Of a DNA stretch of 37,618 nucleotides, positions 9,677 to 17,817 are shown in pieces. Numbering within the stretch: the first letter of the stretch is position 1; every line of letters begins with the position of its first letter. Both the position numbers and the translations under genes were made by a program. The notes beneath the pieces are model-generated. The model ran no database searches, had not been told where the DNA came from, and saw only the letters and a program-made list of their open reading frames with translations. Origin of the DNA: a virus (lineage: Duplodnaviria; Caudoviricetes); the IMG/VR virus record IMGVR_UViG_3300033407_000067, positions 1 through 37,618 of that record. One strand, written 5' to 3'.

Positions 9677-10287
9677 TTAAAAACGGGCGGCAGTTCGGGA
9701 CCAGCCTACAGGACATCCGAGCGGATCATATCGAGCGGTACCGGTTCGCCGTGCGGATCGCGGAGCAGTCCTGCGAGGATGGCCCGCCGATCGGCACGGT
9801 GCTGGACGTCGGCGCCGGGACCGGGTACGGCGCGTACCTGATGGCGCAACGCGGTTACGCGGCAACCGCAGTGGAGATCGACGCGGCCGCGCATGCGCAC
9901 GGCGAGCAGCATTTCGCCCATCCCGGCGTGCAGCGCCTCAACTGCGACGTCCGCGAGATGCTGCCGGGCGTCTACGATATGACGACGTGTTTCGAGGTGC
10001 TAGAGCACGTCGACGACCCGGTCGAGCTGCTGGGCGCTATCCAGAGCCCACGGCAGTTGTTGATCTCCTCTGTGCCGAATGAGGTGGTGGTGCCGTTTGA
10101 CGCACCGGGCACGCACCGGGACCACAAACGCCATTTCACGCCCGCCGAGTTCCAGGCGCTGCTGGCGGCGGCAGGGTACGACATTGTGGAAATGGGCAGC
10201 CAGCGCGATAAAATCGGGGTGGGGGCTCAGGTGCGTCGGGGCGATACGGGGGGCCGCACGCTAGTAGCGGTTTGCCGAGCGTTATGA
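9673..10287 (+). CDS. Class I SAM-dependent methyltransferase
   Basis: HIERYRFA, motif I VLDVGAGTGYG, FEVLEHV, SVPN, H.RHFT; type common in glycan loci; ATGA-coupled. Confidence 0.88.
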   Translation: MIKNGRQFGTSLQDIRADHIERYRFAVRIAEQSCEDGPPIGTVLDVGAGTGYGAYLMAQRGYAATAVEIDAAAHAHGEQHFAHPGVQRLNCDVREMLPGVYDMTTCFEVLEHVDDPVELLGAIQSPRQLLISSVPNEVVVPFDAPGTHRDHKRHFTPAEFQALLAAAGYDIVEMGSQRDKIGVGAQVRRGDTGGRTLVAVCRAL

Positions 10288-10871
10288 TTGTCAGTCACAA
10301 ATGGCGGTTTATATTTCTCAAAACCCGCAAAACGGCAGGGTCATCGATCGAGGCGGCGCTAGCCCCCCTCCTCGGCCCGGAGGACCTCATAACCGGGTCG
10401 GCCCGTGACGGGACACCCCGACGCAACTGCCAAGACCGCATGACGGGGCATTGGGGCTGGCGACGGGTACGCGATTTTATAGGGGCCGAAACATTTGATC
10501 AATACCGGCGGGTATGCGTCGAGCGCGACGCATACGATAAATCGGTGAGCGACTGGCTGTACCACCGCGACGTCTTGAGCACCACGACGCTGGGCCTGGC
10601 CGAGTACATCCAGCAGCGCCGCCCCAGTGACTGGACGCGGTACGCTGAGGGGGACCAGCCCGTCGCTACGGTCCTGCGGTTTGAAAACCTCGCGGCCGAG
10701 TTCGGCGACTGGTGCGCGGCGACCGGCCTGCCCCCGGTCGGCATCGGCGCGTACCAGCTCAAACGCAATGCCTGCCGGGGGGTGGCGCGGGACTATCACG
10801 ACGCCGCCAGTTGCGCGGCCATTGCCGATGTGTTCGCGCGCGAGCTGGAGTACTACGGGTATCGCCTATGA
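10284..10871 (+). CDS. Sulfotransferase (Sulfotransfer_2-like)
   Basis: MIVSH..RFIFLKTRKTAGSSI (5'-phosphosulfate-binding loop), ERDAYDKSVSDW (3'-PB-like), LRFENL..EF, terminal YGY. Confidence 0.8.
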   Translation: MIVSHKWRFIFLKTRKTAGSSIEAALAPLLGPEDLITGSARDGTPRRNCQDRMTGHWGWRRVRDFIGAETFDQYRRVCVERDAYDKSVSDWLYHRDVLSTTTLGLAEYIQQRRPSDWTRYAEGDQPVATVLRFENLAAEFGDWCAATGLPPVGIGAYQLKRNACRGVARDYHDAASCAAIADVFARELEYYGYRL

Positions 10872-11695
10872 GGATCATAGCCTACGAACCAGGCTACAAC
10901 GAAAAACACTGTCGAGTGCTGCGCGCCCTAGCCGCGGGCATCCCCGGCTGCGAGGTCCGCCCGCTCGGGCAGTATGAGCCGTGCGACATCGCAATCATTT
11001 TCGGGGCGTACAAACGGGCGTATGCAAAAACGCTGCCAAAACTCGATATCCTCCAGCGCCACCACGGGCGGCAGCTGCTGATGGTCGAATCCGCGTTTGT
11101 CAAACGGGGCGAGTACTACCAGGTCGGCTGGGGCGGCTATGCTGGCAACGCAGATTTTAACACCCCCATACGCATGCCGTCGGATCGCTGGGACCGACTC
11201 GCGGTACCGGTCAGTCCGTGGCGCCGCCGCAGTACGGGACCGATCGTCGTGTGTGGTCAGCTCCCCTGGGACACGCAGGTGCAGGATGTCGACCACCGCG
11301 GGTGGTGTCGCGAGATGATCACTCGGCTCCATCGGGCGGGCCACGACGCCATTTTCGCGCCTCACCCGCGGATGCGTGACCTCGACGCGTACGGAGTGGC
11401 CCGAAAATACTACCGGCCTGGCCAGACACTGGCGGCGCTCCTCAAATCAGCCCGCGCCGTGGTAACATGGAACTCGACGTCGGCGGTCGATGCGATACTG
11501 CGGGGGGTCCCCGCGATCACCAGCCATCCTAGCTCGATCTCGCGAGCGGTCAGTCAACACACCGTCGCGGATGTTGAGCGGCTGGAGTACCCGGATCGGT
11601 CGGCGTGGCTGGCGAGGCTGGGGTATGCGCAGTGGACGCTCGACGAGATGGCGTCCGGCGAGACGTGGGACCACCTCAACCGGGAGTACGTATAA
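10868..11695 (+). CDS. KpsS/KpsC-like (capsule-synthesis, beta-Kdo transferase-like) GT-B protein
   Basis: VVCGQLPWDTQV (QxxxD), FAPHP (HP motif), VVTWNSTSAVDAILRGVP; ATGA-coupled start at 10868. Confidence 0.7.
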   Translation: MRIIAYEPGYNEKHCRVLRALAAGIPGCEVRPLGQYEPCDIAIIFGAYKRAYAKTLPKLDILQRHHGRQLLMVESAFVKRGEYYQVGWGGYAGNADFNTPIRMPSDRWDRLAVPVSPWRRRSTGPIVVCGQLPWDTQVQDVDHRGWCREMITRLHRAGHDAIFAPHPRMRDLDAYGVARKYYRPGQTLAALLKSARAVVTWNSTSAVDAILRGVPAITSHPSSISRAVSQHTVADVERLEYPDRSAWLARLGYAQWTLDEMASGETWDHLNREYV

Positions 11696-12039
11696 TGCGT
11701 GCCGGTCGGCTCGACACCCGCATGATTTTGCAGCGGAAAGTTGAGTCCCGCGATTCGGTCGGCGGCGTGTCGTGGGCGTGGGAGGATGTGGCCGAGATGT
11801 GGGCGGAGGTCCGTGGGCTGCAGGGCAGGGAGTTTTTCGCCGCGCAGCAGGTCAACGCCACGGCTACGCACCAGGTCACGATCCGGTACCGAGCGGGGGT
11901 GACCGCGAACATGCGATTCGTGGAAAAATCGGCGCCGACAGTTGGCTACGATATCATCGCTGCGCCGTCGAACCCCCGCCGCACCGAGATTGTGGCCGTG
12001 TGCGTCGTGCGCGAGGCGGATGGCTGGAGGGCGGATTGA
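11695..12039 (+). CDS. Head closure / head-tail joining protein (SPP1 gp16-like)
   Basis: MRAGRL..R..LQ, W.DVA..WAEV..L.GREF..A.Q, IRYR.GVT..MR; TAATG-coupled. Confidence 0.9.
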   Translation: MRAGRLDTRMILQRKVESRDSVGGVSWAWEDVAEMWAEVRGLQGREFFAAQQVNATATHQVTIRYRAGVTANMRFVEKSAPTVGYDIIAAPSNPRRTEIVAVCVVREADGWRAD

Positions 12040-12482
12040 TGGCGACTGGAGCAGTAACGGGCACTCCACAGTTGCTGCGCCAGCTGCGCCAGCTGCAGAA
12101 CAGCGTGCAGGCTCGGGCCGTGCGTAACGCGCTAGGCGCCGCGGCCCGTATCGTCGCGAAACGCGCCCGGCAGACCATACCCGTCGGGACTCAGGCGCAC
12201 CGCACCTATCGCGGTGTGCTGGTCGCGCCCGGATTCGCACGTCGATCCGTCGTGGTGCGCACGTCGATCAACAGACGGACTGGGCGCATAACCGCAGTAG
12301 TCGGGGTGCGGGCACAGGCATTTTACGCCACGCAATTCGTCGAGCTGGAGCGCGGCAACTCCAGCCGCACCGGCAGGCCCTGGCTGCGCCCCGCGTTTGA
12401 GGAGACCCAGCCGCAGCAGATCGCGGCGATTGATCGTGCCCTGGCGCGGGCCATACTGAGGGCTGTTAAAAATGCTGGTTGA
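12039..12482 (+). CDS. HK97 gp10-like neck/tail protein
   Basis: V.G...L.RQL.QL, FYATQFVE and RPWLRPAFE; TGATG-coupled. Confidence 0.82.
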   Translation: MATGAVTGTPQLLRQLRQLQNSVQARAVRNALGAAARIVAKRARQTIPVGTQAHRTYRGVLVAPGFARRSVVVRTSINRRTGRITAVVGVRAQAFYATQFVELERGNSSRTGRPWLRPAFEETQPQQIAAIDRALARAILRAVKNAG

Positions 12483-12867
12483 AGAGGCGCTGTATTCCCT
12501 GCTGACGGCAGACGCGGAGGTATCCGCCATCGTCGGCACCCGCGTGTTCCCGGGTGTCGCACCGCAAGATGTCGCGGCCCCCTACGTGCTGTACCGTAAA
12601 ACCGGGCGCGACCGGCGGTTTCTCCCGTGCGGTACGGACGGCACGATGGTGACGTCGTTCCAGATCGACTGCTATGCGGCGACGTATCTACAGTCCGTGC
12701 AGCTGGCACAGGCGGTAACCGATCGGCTAGAGCCATACAGGGGCGCTACTGGCTCGCCCGCGATTACGCTGGTACACTGGTTTCTAGACCGAGAGTTCGA
12801 TCTCTCAGACATTGAGCCCGGCCTGTTCCGCCAGTCCTGCGACTGGCGCGTATGGCACCACGACTAA
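12472..12867 (+). CDS. Tail completion/terminator protein (DUF3168-like)
   Basis: LYSLL.AD..V.AIVG.RVFP..APQ....PY, FQIDCYA; position before tail tube. Confidence 0.85.
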   Translation: MLVEEALYSLLTADAEVSAIVGTRVFPGVAPQDVAAPYVLYRKTGRDRRFLPCGTDGTMVTSFQIDCYAATYLQSVQLAQAVTDRLEPYRGATGSPAITLVHWFLDREFDLSDIEPGLFRQSCDWRVWHHD

Positions 12868-12882
12868 ATTGAGGATAGGCAG

Positions 12883-13311
12883 ATGCCCACGATTGCGGAT
12901 TCAACAGTTGGCAATTTTAAAATGTACATCGGCGACGCCGCGTCCCCCGAGTCATTCGACGAGTGGTGCGAAATTTTCAACATCCCGGAGTTTGGCCAGA
13001 CGAACGGGCTGGTCGACGTCACCGCGTTTTGTAATGGCGGCTTCCGCCAGTATAAAGGGGCACTCGCGGATGGCCTCGAGGTCGAGTTTCAGGGTAACCA
13101 CGTCCCGAACTCAACTGTGCAGAAGCGACTGCGCGATGCTGTCATCAACAAATCAAACATTAACATTCGTATCGATGACGAGAATATCAGCCCGACGGAG
13201 CAGTACACGCTCAACGTGGTGTCCCTCAGCTGGCGTATCGGCCCCGTCGTGGACAACCGCAACACGTTTATTTTCGGCTGTAAAATCAACACGATTACGG
13301 TGCCCGCGTAA
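12883..13311 (+). CDS. Major tail tube protein
   Basis: IGD.ASPESF, VDVT, ..GLAD-like (KGALADG) motif; GAGG RBS; canonical position. Confidence 0.82.
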   Translation: MPTIADSTVGNFKMYIGDAASPESFDEWCEIFNIPEFGQTNGLVDVTAFCNGGFRQYKGALADGLEVEFQGNHVPNSTVQKRLRDAVINKSNINIRIDDENISPTEQYTLNVVSLSWRIGPVVDNRNTFIFGCKINTITVPA

Positions 13312-13640
13312 TGAGCATCAAAACAGCACAGGCGTTTCTAGGCGCCGCAGCACTGCGCCGTAAGACGGTATCGGTCGACGGCGGAGAATTGACCATCCGC
13401 GAGATGTCGATCACGGAGCGCACTCAGTTCTCGCAGCTGTATGGGCAGGGCACATCCGACGCGCTGGCCTACCTGCTGGGCGTAGCCGTACTGGACCCGG
13501 ACACGGGCGCCGCGCTACTGTCCGGGGAGGACGCGCATCGCGCAGTCGCCGAGTCGGGTAGGTTCGTCAAACACGTGGTCGAGGAGATCCTCCTGCTGTC
13601 CGGACTGGGCGGGGATGACTCGGGAAACGACCGGAGCTAA
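13311..13640 (+). CDS. Tail assembly chaperone (gpG-like)
   Basis: Between tube and tape measure genes; ends with an in-frame slippery heptamer. Confidence 0.8.
   Translation: MSIKTAQAFLGAAALRRKTVSVDGGELTIREMSITERTQFSQLYGQGTSDALAYLLGVAVLDPDTGAALLSGEDAHRAVAESGRFVKHVVEEILLLSGLGGDDSGNDRS
13622..13628 (+). other. -1 programmed ribosomal frameshift site G GGA AAC
   Basis: X XXY YYZ heptamer in the correct phase; the -1 frame is open from here to 13948. Confidence 0.85.
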
Positions 13641-13948
13641 CCGATGCGGAGCGGTTTGAGCATCGGTTAGCTCTCGCCCTGGGCCGGACAGTACAGGAGC
13701 TGCGCGACACGATGGGCGCGGCAGAGTACATGCGATGGGGGGAGTACTATCGGTGCGAGCCCTGGGGCGCGACTCGAGATAACATGCACGCGGGCATCAT
13801 AGCCGCGGCACTCACGAACCCTCACCGTCGGCGTGGCACTCGGGCGCTGACGCACGATGATTTTATGCTGCGAGATTCGCGGACGCAGCACGCCGATCAG
13901 CGGCGGAAATTCCGCGAGTACCTACGGTCAATGGCGGTTAAAAAATAA
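13622..13948 (+). CDS. Frameshift extension of the tail chaperone (gpGT/gpT-like part)
   Basis: -1 frame reads GKRPELTDAERFEHRLALALGRTVQELRDTMGAAEYMRW..YY..EPWG, a gpT-like pattern. Confidence 0.8.
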   Translation, partial: GKRPELTDAERFEHRLALALGRTVQELRDTMGAAEYMRWGEYYRCEPWGATRDNMHAGIIAAALTNPHRRRGTRALTHDDFMLRDSRTQHADQRRKFREYLRSMAVKK

Positions 13949-16059
13949 TGGCAGATCTGGCGAAACTTCTTGTGCGGCTGGAGGGTGACAACATCAAGCT
14001 GATGAAGTCGCTCGACCAGGCCGACAAGCGCATTTCGCGGTTCGAACAGTCGGCCAACCGCAGCGCCGCCGCGTTCTCCCGCGGATTCAAGCGGGCCGTT
14101 GCGTCCGCAGCAGCGGCGGTTTCCGTGTTTTCCCTAGGTCGCATGGTCGAGGAAGCGATCGGACTCGAAGAGGCCAACGCTAAAGCAGCGCGCGGCCTCG
14201 GCCTGACATCGGCCGCTCTGAACGAGTACAAATTCGCCGCCGGTATTGCATCGGTATCGACGAAGGAACTGGAACTCGGGCTGCGCAACCTCAACAAACG
14301 CATGAGCGAGGCAGCGGGGGGCACGAAAACCGCGTCGAATATATTCGACACCCTGGGCGTCTCGGTAACGGACGCGTCTGGTAAAATCCGTAACGTCGAT
14401 GACGTGTTCGGCGATCTGATTGATCGGTTCTCCGCGGCGGAAAATAACGCAAACCGGACTCGAATCGCGCTGGAACTGTTTGGGCGGGCGGGGCAGAAGT
14501 TGATCCCGCTACTGGTCAGCGGCCGCGAGGAATTCGCTCGGCTGCGCAGTGAGGCCCGGCGTCTCGGACTGGTGCTGGACGGTGAGACATCCGCGGCCTC
14601 CGAGCGGTTTTTGGACAACCTCACGATTCTGCAGGCGCAGCAGCAGGGGTATAAAAACCAGCTCGCAACTCAGCTACTGCCGGCACTTGAGGATTTGTCG
14701 GGCCTCATGATCGAGCTGGCCGCAGACCACGAGGCGGTCGCGACGCTGGGTACCGTGCTGGCGGGGGTGCTCAAAGGGGTCGCGACTACGGCGCTCGCAC
14801 TCGGCACGACTTTTGCTAACGTCGGCCGGGCGATCGGCGGGCTGACCGCAGCGGCGCAGGCGGCGATCGAGGACACATCGATCAGCCTAGGCGGTGTCCT
14901 GCGCGGGTTCGCTCGCGGCGGGCTGGACGACGCGATCGCCGGATCCGTGGAGACCGGTTTCGGACGGGCCAGTACCATCATCGACCAGTTTACGGAGGAC
15001 AATGAGCGTGCGACACGCGAGGTCGAGGAGCGACTCGGCAAACTGTGGTCAAACGGTTTTAACGCCGCAGGGCAAGACGCCGCCGAGGTAGCCGCCCAGA
15101 TGCGCGAGCTGCGCGAGGAGTTAGGGCTGTCCGATCTCGGCGCGATACCGGTCGGAGTGGACGTTGATACACAAAGGGCCGAGGCCGCAGCGAAACAGAT
15201 CTCGAGGGTTATCGATCAACTGCGGCTACAGGTCGACACACTCGGCATGTCTGCGGACGCGGCGAAACGGTACGAACTGGGGCTGAAAGGCGCGTCGACG
15301 GAACAGCTGAAACTGGTAGAGTCGTTGCAGGAGCAGCTCCGGGCAGATGCTGAACTGCAGGCGTCACTCGATCGCGAGGCGGAGTCGCTCGAAACCGTTC
15401 GATCCGCGTGGTCCGATCTACGGGACCGCATGTCTGACATTGGGCCGGTCGCCCGCCAGTACATCGCAGATATCGGGGCGCTGAAACAGGCGCACGATGC
15501 GGGGGTGCTCAGTACCGACCAGTTCCGCGAGGCACTCGAAAAACTCGCGGATGGGTATACCTCGGCCGCGTCGGGCGCAGGGTCGTTCGAGGACCAGATG
15601 CAGCAGCTCAGCAAACGGATAGGGGATAACCTCACGCAGAGCCTGGAGGATTTCCTGTTCGATCCGATCGAGAACGGGTTCGACTCGATCGAGAAAAATT
15701 TCTCAACTCTGCTGCGGCGGATGGCGGCGGAGATCGCCGCGCGGGAGCTGATGAAACAGCTGTTCAAGGGGCTGACCTCGTCCGGCCTCGGCGACGTCGC
15801 GAACCTGCTCGGGGGCGCGTCCCTGGGCGCTCGCGCTACCGGCGGTCCGGTCACCAGCGGGACTCCATATCTCGTGGGCGAGCGCGGCCCGGAGCTGTTC
15901 GTACCGGCCGGTAGCGGCACGATCGTGCCCGCACATGACACGGCGGCGAGCGGCACGCGGCCGATCGTCATCAACGTGTCCACCCCGAACGCCGATTCGT
16001 TCCGCCAGTCCTCCCGCCAGATCGCAGGGGACGTTAAGCGCAAGCTGGGGGCGACCTGA
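13948..16059 (+). CDS. Tail tape measure protein
   Basis: 703 aa, Ala/Leu-rich helical; C-terminal RATGGPV...PYLVGERGPELFVP. Confidence 0.93.
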   Translation: MADLAKLLVRLEGDNIKLMKSLDQADKRISRFEQSANRSAAAFSRGFKRAVASAAAAVSVFSLGRMVEEAIGLEEANAKAARGLGLTSAALNEYKFAAGIASVSTKELELGLRNLNKRMSEAAGGTKTASNIFDTLGVSVTDASGKIRNVDDVFGDLIDRFSAAENNANRTRIALELFGRAGQKLIPLLVSGREEFARLRSEARRLGLVLDGETSAASERFLDNLTILQAQQQGYKNQLATQLLPALEDLSGLMIELAADHEAVATLGTVLAGVLKGVATTALALGTTFANVGRAIGGLTAAAQAAIEDTSISLGGVLRGFARGGLDDAIAGSVETGFGRASTIIDQFTEDNERATREVEERLGKLWSNGFNAAGQDAAEVAAQMRELREELGLSDLGAIPVGVDVDTQRAEAAAKQISRVIDQLRLQVDTLGMSADAAKRYELGLKGASTEQLKLVESLQEQLRADAELQASLDREAESLETVRSAWSDLRDRMSDIGPVARQYIADIGALKQAHDAGVLSTDQFREALEKLADGYTSAASGAGSFEDQMQQLSKRIGDNLTQSLEDFLFDPIENGFDSIEKNFSTLLRRMAAEIAARELMKQLFKGLTSSGLGDVANLLGGASLGARATGGPVTSGTPYLVGERGPELFVPAGSGTIVPAHDTAASGTRPIVINVSTPNADSFRQSSRQIAGDVKRKLGAT

Positions 16060-16745
16060 TGGCCCGGTTTATCGATGTGTACCTGGCGGACTGCGTGCCC
16101 GGCTACCCGTGCGCTAGCACCCCCCGGTTTTCGACGGCGATCGTAGCGGTGGACAGTGGGGCCGAGCGGGCGCGGCAGCGCTGGGAGCACCCCCTGCACC
16201 GGTTCACGCTGCCCGAGGCCGTTCGGGACCATGACGTATTCGAGGCGATCCACGACCACTGGCTGGTCATGGCCGGGCCCGCGCGTACGTTTCCTTTCCG
16301 GGATCCACTCGACTGCGCATCAGTGGCGTTGACGCAGCCAGTGACGGACGACTCGCTGCTGCCGACGATCTCCGGCACAGATCAGACGCTCGGGACGGGG
16401 GACGGCACAACCACGAATTTCCAGCTCGTGAAAACATACACACGCGGCCCCGGTACGTATACGCGGACCATCTATCATCCGGTCGTCGCGTCCGCGTCGG
16501 TTACCCTGGATGGCAACGATCCGCTGTCGTACTCACCCGCGTTCACGTACGCGATCGACCGGGACACGGGCGTCGTGACATTCGACACGCCACCGAATGC
16601 GGGTATGATCGTGAGAGCGGGGTTTTATTATGATGTCGAGGTGCGGTTTGAGAGCGACGACGCGTTCGACGGCATTGTGCGGACGTATGGCATTTCTGGC
16701 TTCGCGGATTTATCCCTAATTGAGGTTCGGCCCTGCGCCGATTGA
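16059..16745 (+). CDS. Distal tail protein, DUF2460 / GTA-type
   Basis: P.FST.IV...SG.E.R...W, F.FRDP.D, GTGDG....FQLVKTY, AGF.YDV.VRF. Confidence 0.88.
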   Translation: MARFIDVYLADCVPGYPCASTPRFSTAIVAVDSGAERARQRWEHPLHRFTLPEAVRDHDVFEAIHDHWLVMAGPARTFPFRDPLDCASVALTQPVTDDSLLPTISGTDQTLGTGDGTTTNFQLVKTYTRGPGTYTRTIYHPVVASASVTLDGNDPLSYSPAFTYAIDRDTGVVTFDTPPNAGMIVRAGFYYDVEVRFESDDAFDGIVRTYGISGFADLSLIEVRPCAD

Positions 16746-16753
16746 GGTGAGGT

Positions 16754-17812
16754 ATGGCTATTCGATGGGCGGAAAGTTTCGATTATTATGGGTTCACAGA
16801 AACAAACATGTCAGACGGTCTGTGGTCCTCGGCGTTGGGGACCTTGACGACGAGTTTCGCTCGAACAGGCACACACAGTTACCGGCCCACCACCGCCGAT
16901 TCCGCCAACCGCCGTATTTTCGGCGACGATCTAACAACATTCGGGATGGGGTTCGCCCTATACCTGACCGCGCTACCCGTACTCAACACTACGAACTACT
17001 TCGTATTCTGGGCATCCGAGGGGGCGAATGGCGCGTTCAGCCAGTTCACGATAAACATCACGTCGACGGGGACTGTGCAGGTCCGCAATCACTATCAGAG
17101 CGGGCCGATTGTAGCCGAGTCTGCGCAGGGGGTAATCACCGCGGAGACACACCAGCACATCGAGTTCAAAGCGACCGTCGGGAACACAGGCTCAATCGAG
17201 GTCCGCGTAAACGGCGTGACTGTCATAAACGAGGCGTCCGTGGACCTCCTGTACTATGAGGCGAACCCCACGGTTGCACAGTTCGGGATGTCCCGTGCCA
17301 CCTCGGGCGATGGGTCGGGGACGTACATCGACGATCTCATCATGTGGGATACGACGGGGTCCGGCAATAACGATTTCATCGGCGACAAACGCGTGTTTAC
17401 ACTTTTCCCGGACGGCAACACCGCGCAGGCCGATTTTTCGGTTGTCGGCGCGGCGTCTGGGTATGAGGCGATCGACGAGGCGGACCCGGACGATGACACC
17501 ACGTACATCTATGAGGACACGACGGGGAGCCCCGCCCCCAGCTCCGAGTTTACCCTCGACGACCTGCCCGCGGGCGCCGCGAACATCGTAGCGGTCATCC
17601 CGGTCGTCAGGGCACAAAAAGATGAGGCAGGCGATGCTAATTTAACCGTTGGGCTGGTATCCGGGGCATCTGAGGTCAATGGCGCGGACAACCCGATGAC
17701 GACCGAGTGGACGTATCGCGCAGACGTTTTCGAAACAGACCCGGCGACCGGTGCGGCATGGACCCCAACGGCAGTTGATGCGGTGCAACTCAAACTCGCT
17801 CGGACTCTGTAA
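16754..17812 (+). CDS. Virion tail-tip accessory protein (beta-sandwich/lectin-like, putative receptor binding)
   Basis: 352 aa, acidic and beta-rich, W.ESFDYY start, HIEFK...GSIEVRVNG, YIDDL.MWD; GAGG RBS; fold is inference. Confidence 0.55.
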   Translation: MAIRWAESFDYYGFTETNMSDGLWSSALGTLTTSFARTGTHSYRPTTADSANRRIFGDDLTTFGMGFALYLTALPVLNTTNYFVFWASEGANGAFSQFTINITSTGTVQVRNHYQSGPIVAESAQGVITAETHQHIEFKATVGNTGSIEVRVNGVTVINEASVDLLYYEANPTVAQFGMSRATSGDGSGTYIDDLIMWDTTGSGNNDFIGDKRVFTLFPDGNTAQADFSVVGAASGYEAIDEADPDDDTTYIYEDTTGSPAPSSEFTLDDLPAGAANIVAVIPVVRAQKDEAGDANLTVGLVSGASEVNGADNPMTTEWTYRADVFETDPATGAAWTPTAVDAVQLKLARTL

Positions 17813-17817
17813 CGGCG

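Noticed and set aside
6168-11695. DNA hypermodification or O-antigen seroconversion as the role of the enzyme cluster
   Set aside because: Disfavoured, not excluded: no hydroxymethylase, TET/JBP or nucleotide kinase partner, not linked to replication genes, no membrane Gtr-type proteins, and no independent promoter
15216-16259. 347-aa antisense ORF within the tape measure gene
   Set aside because: Ser/Arg-rich shadow frame opposite a well-supported gene
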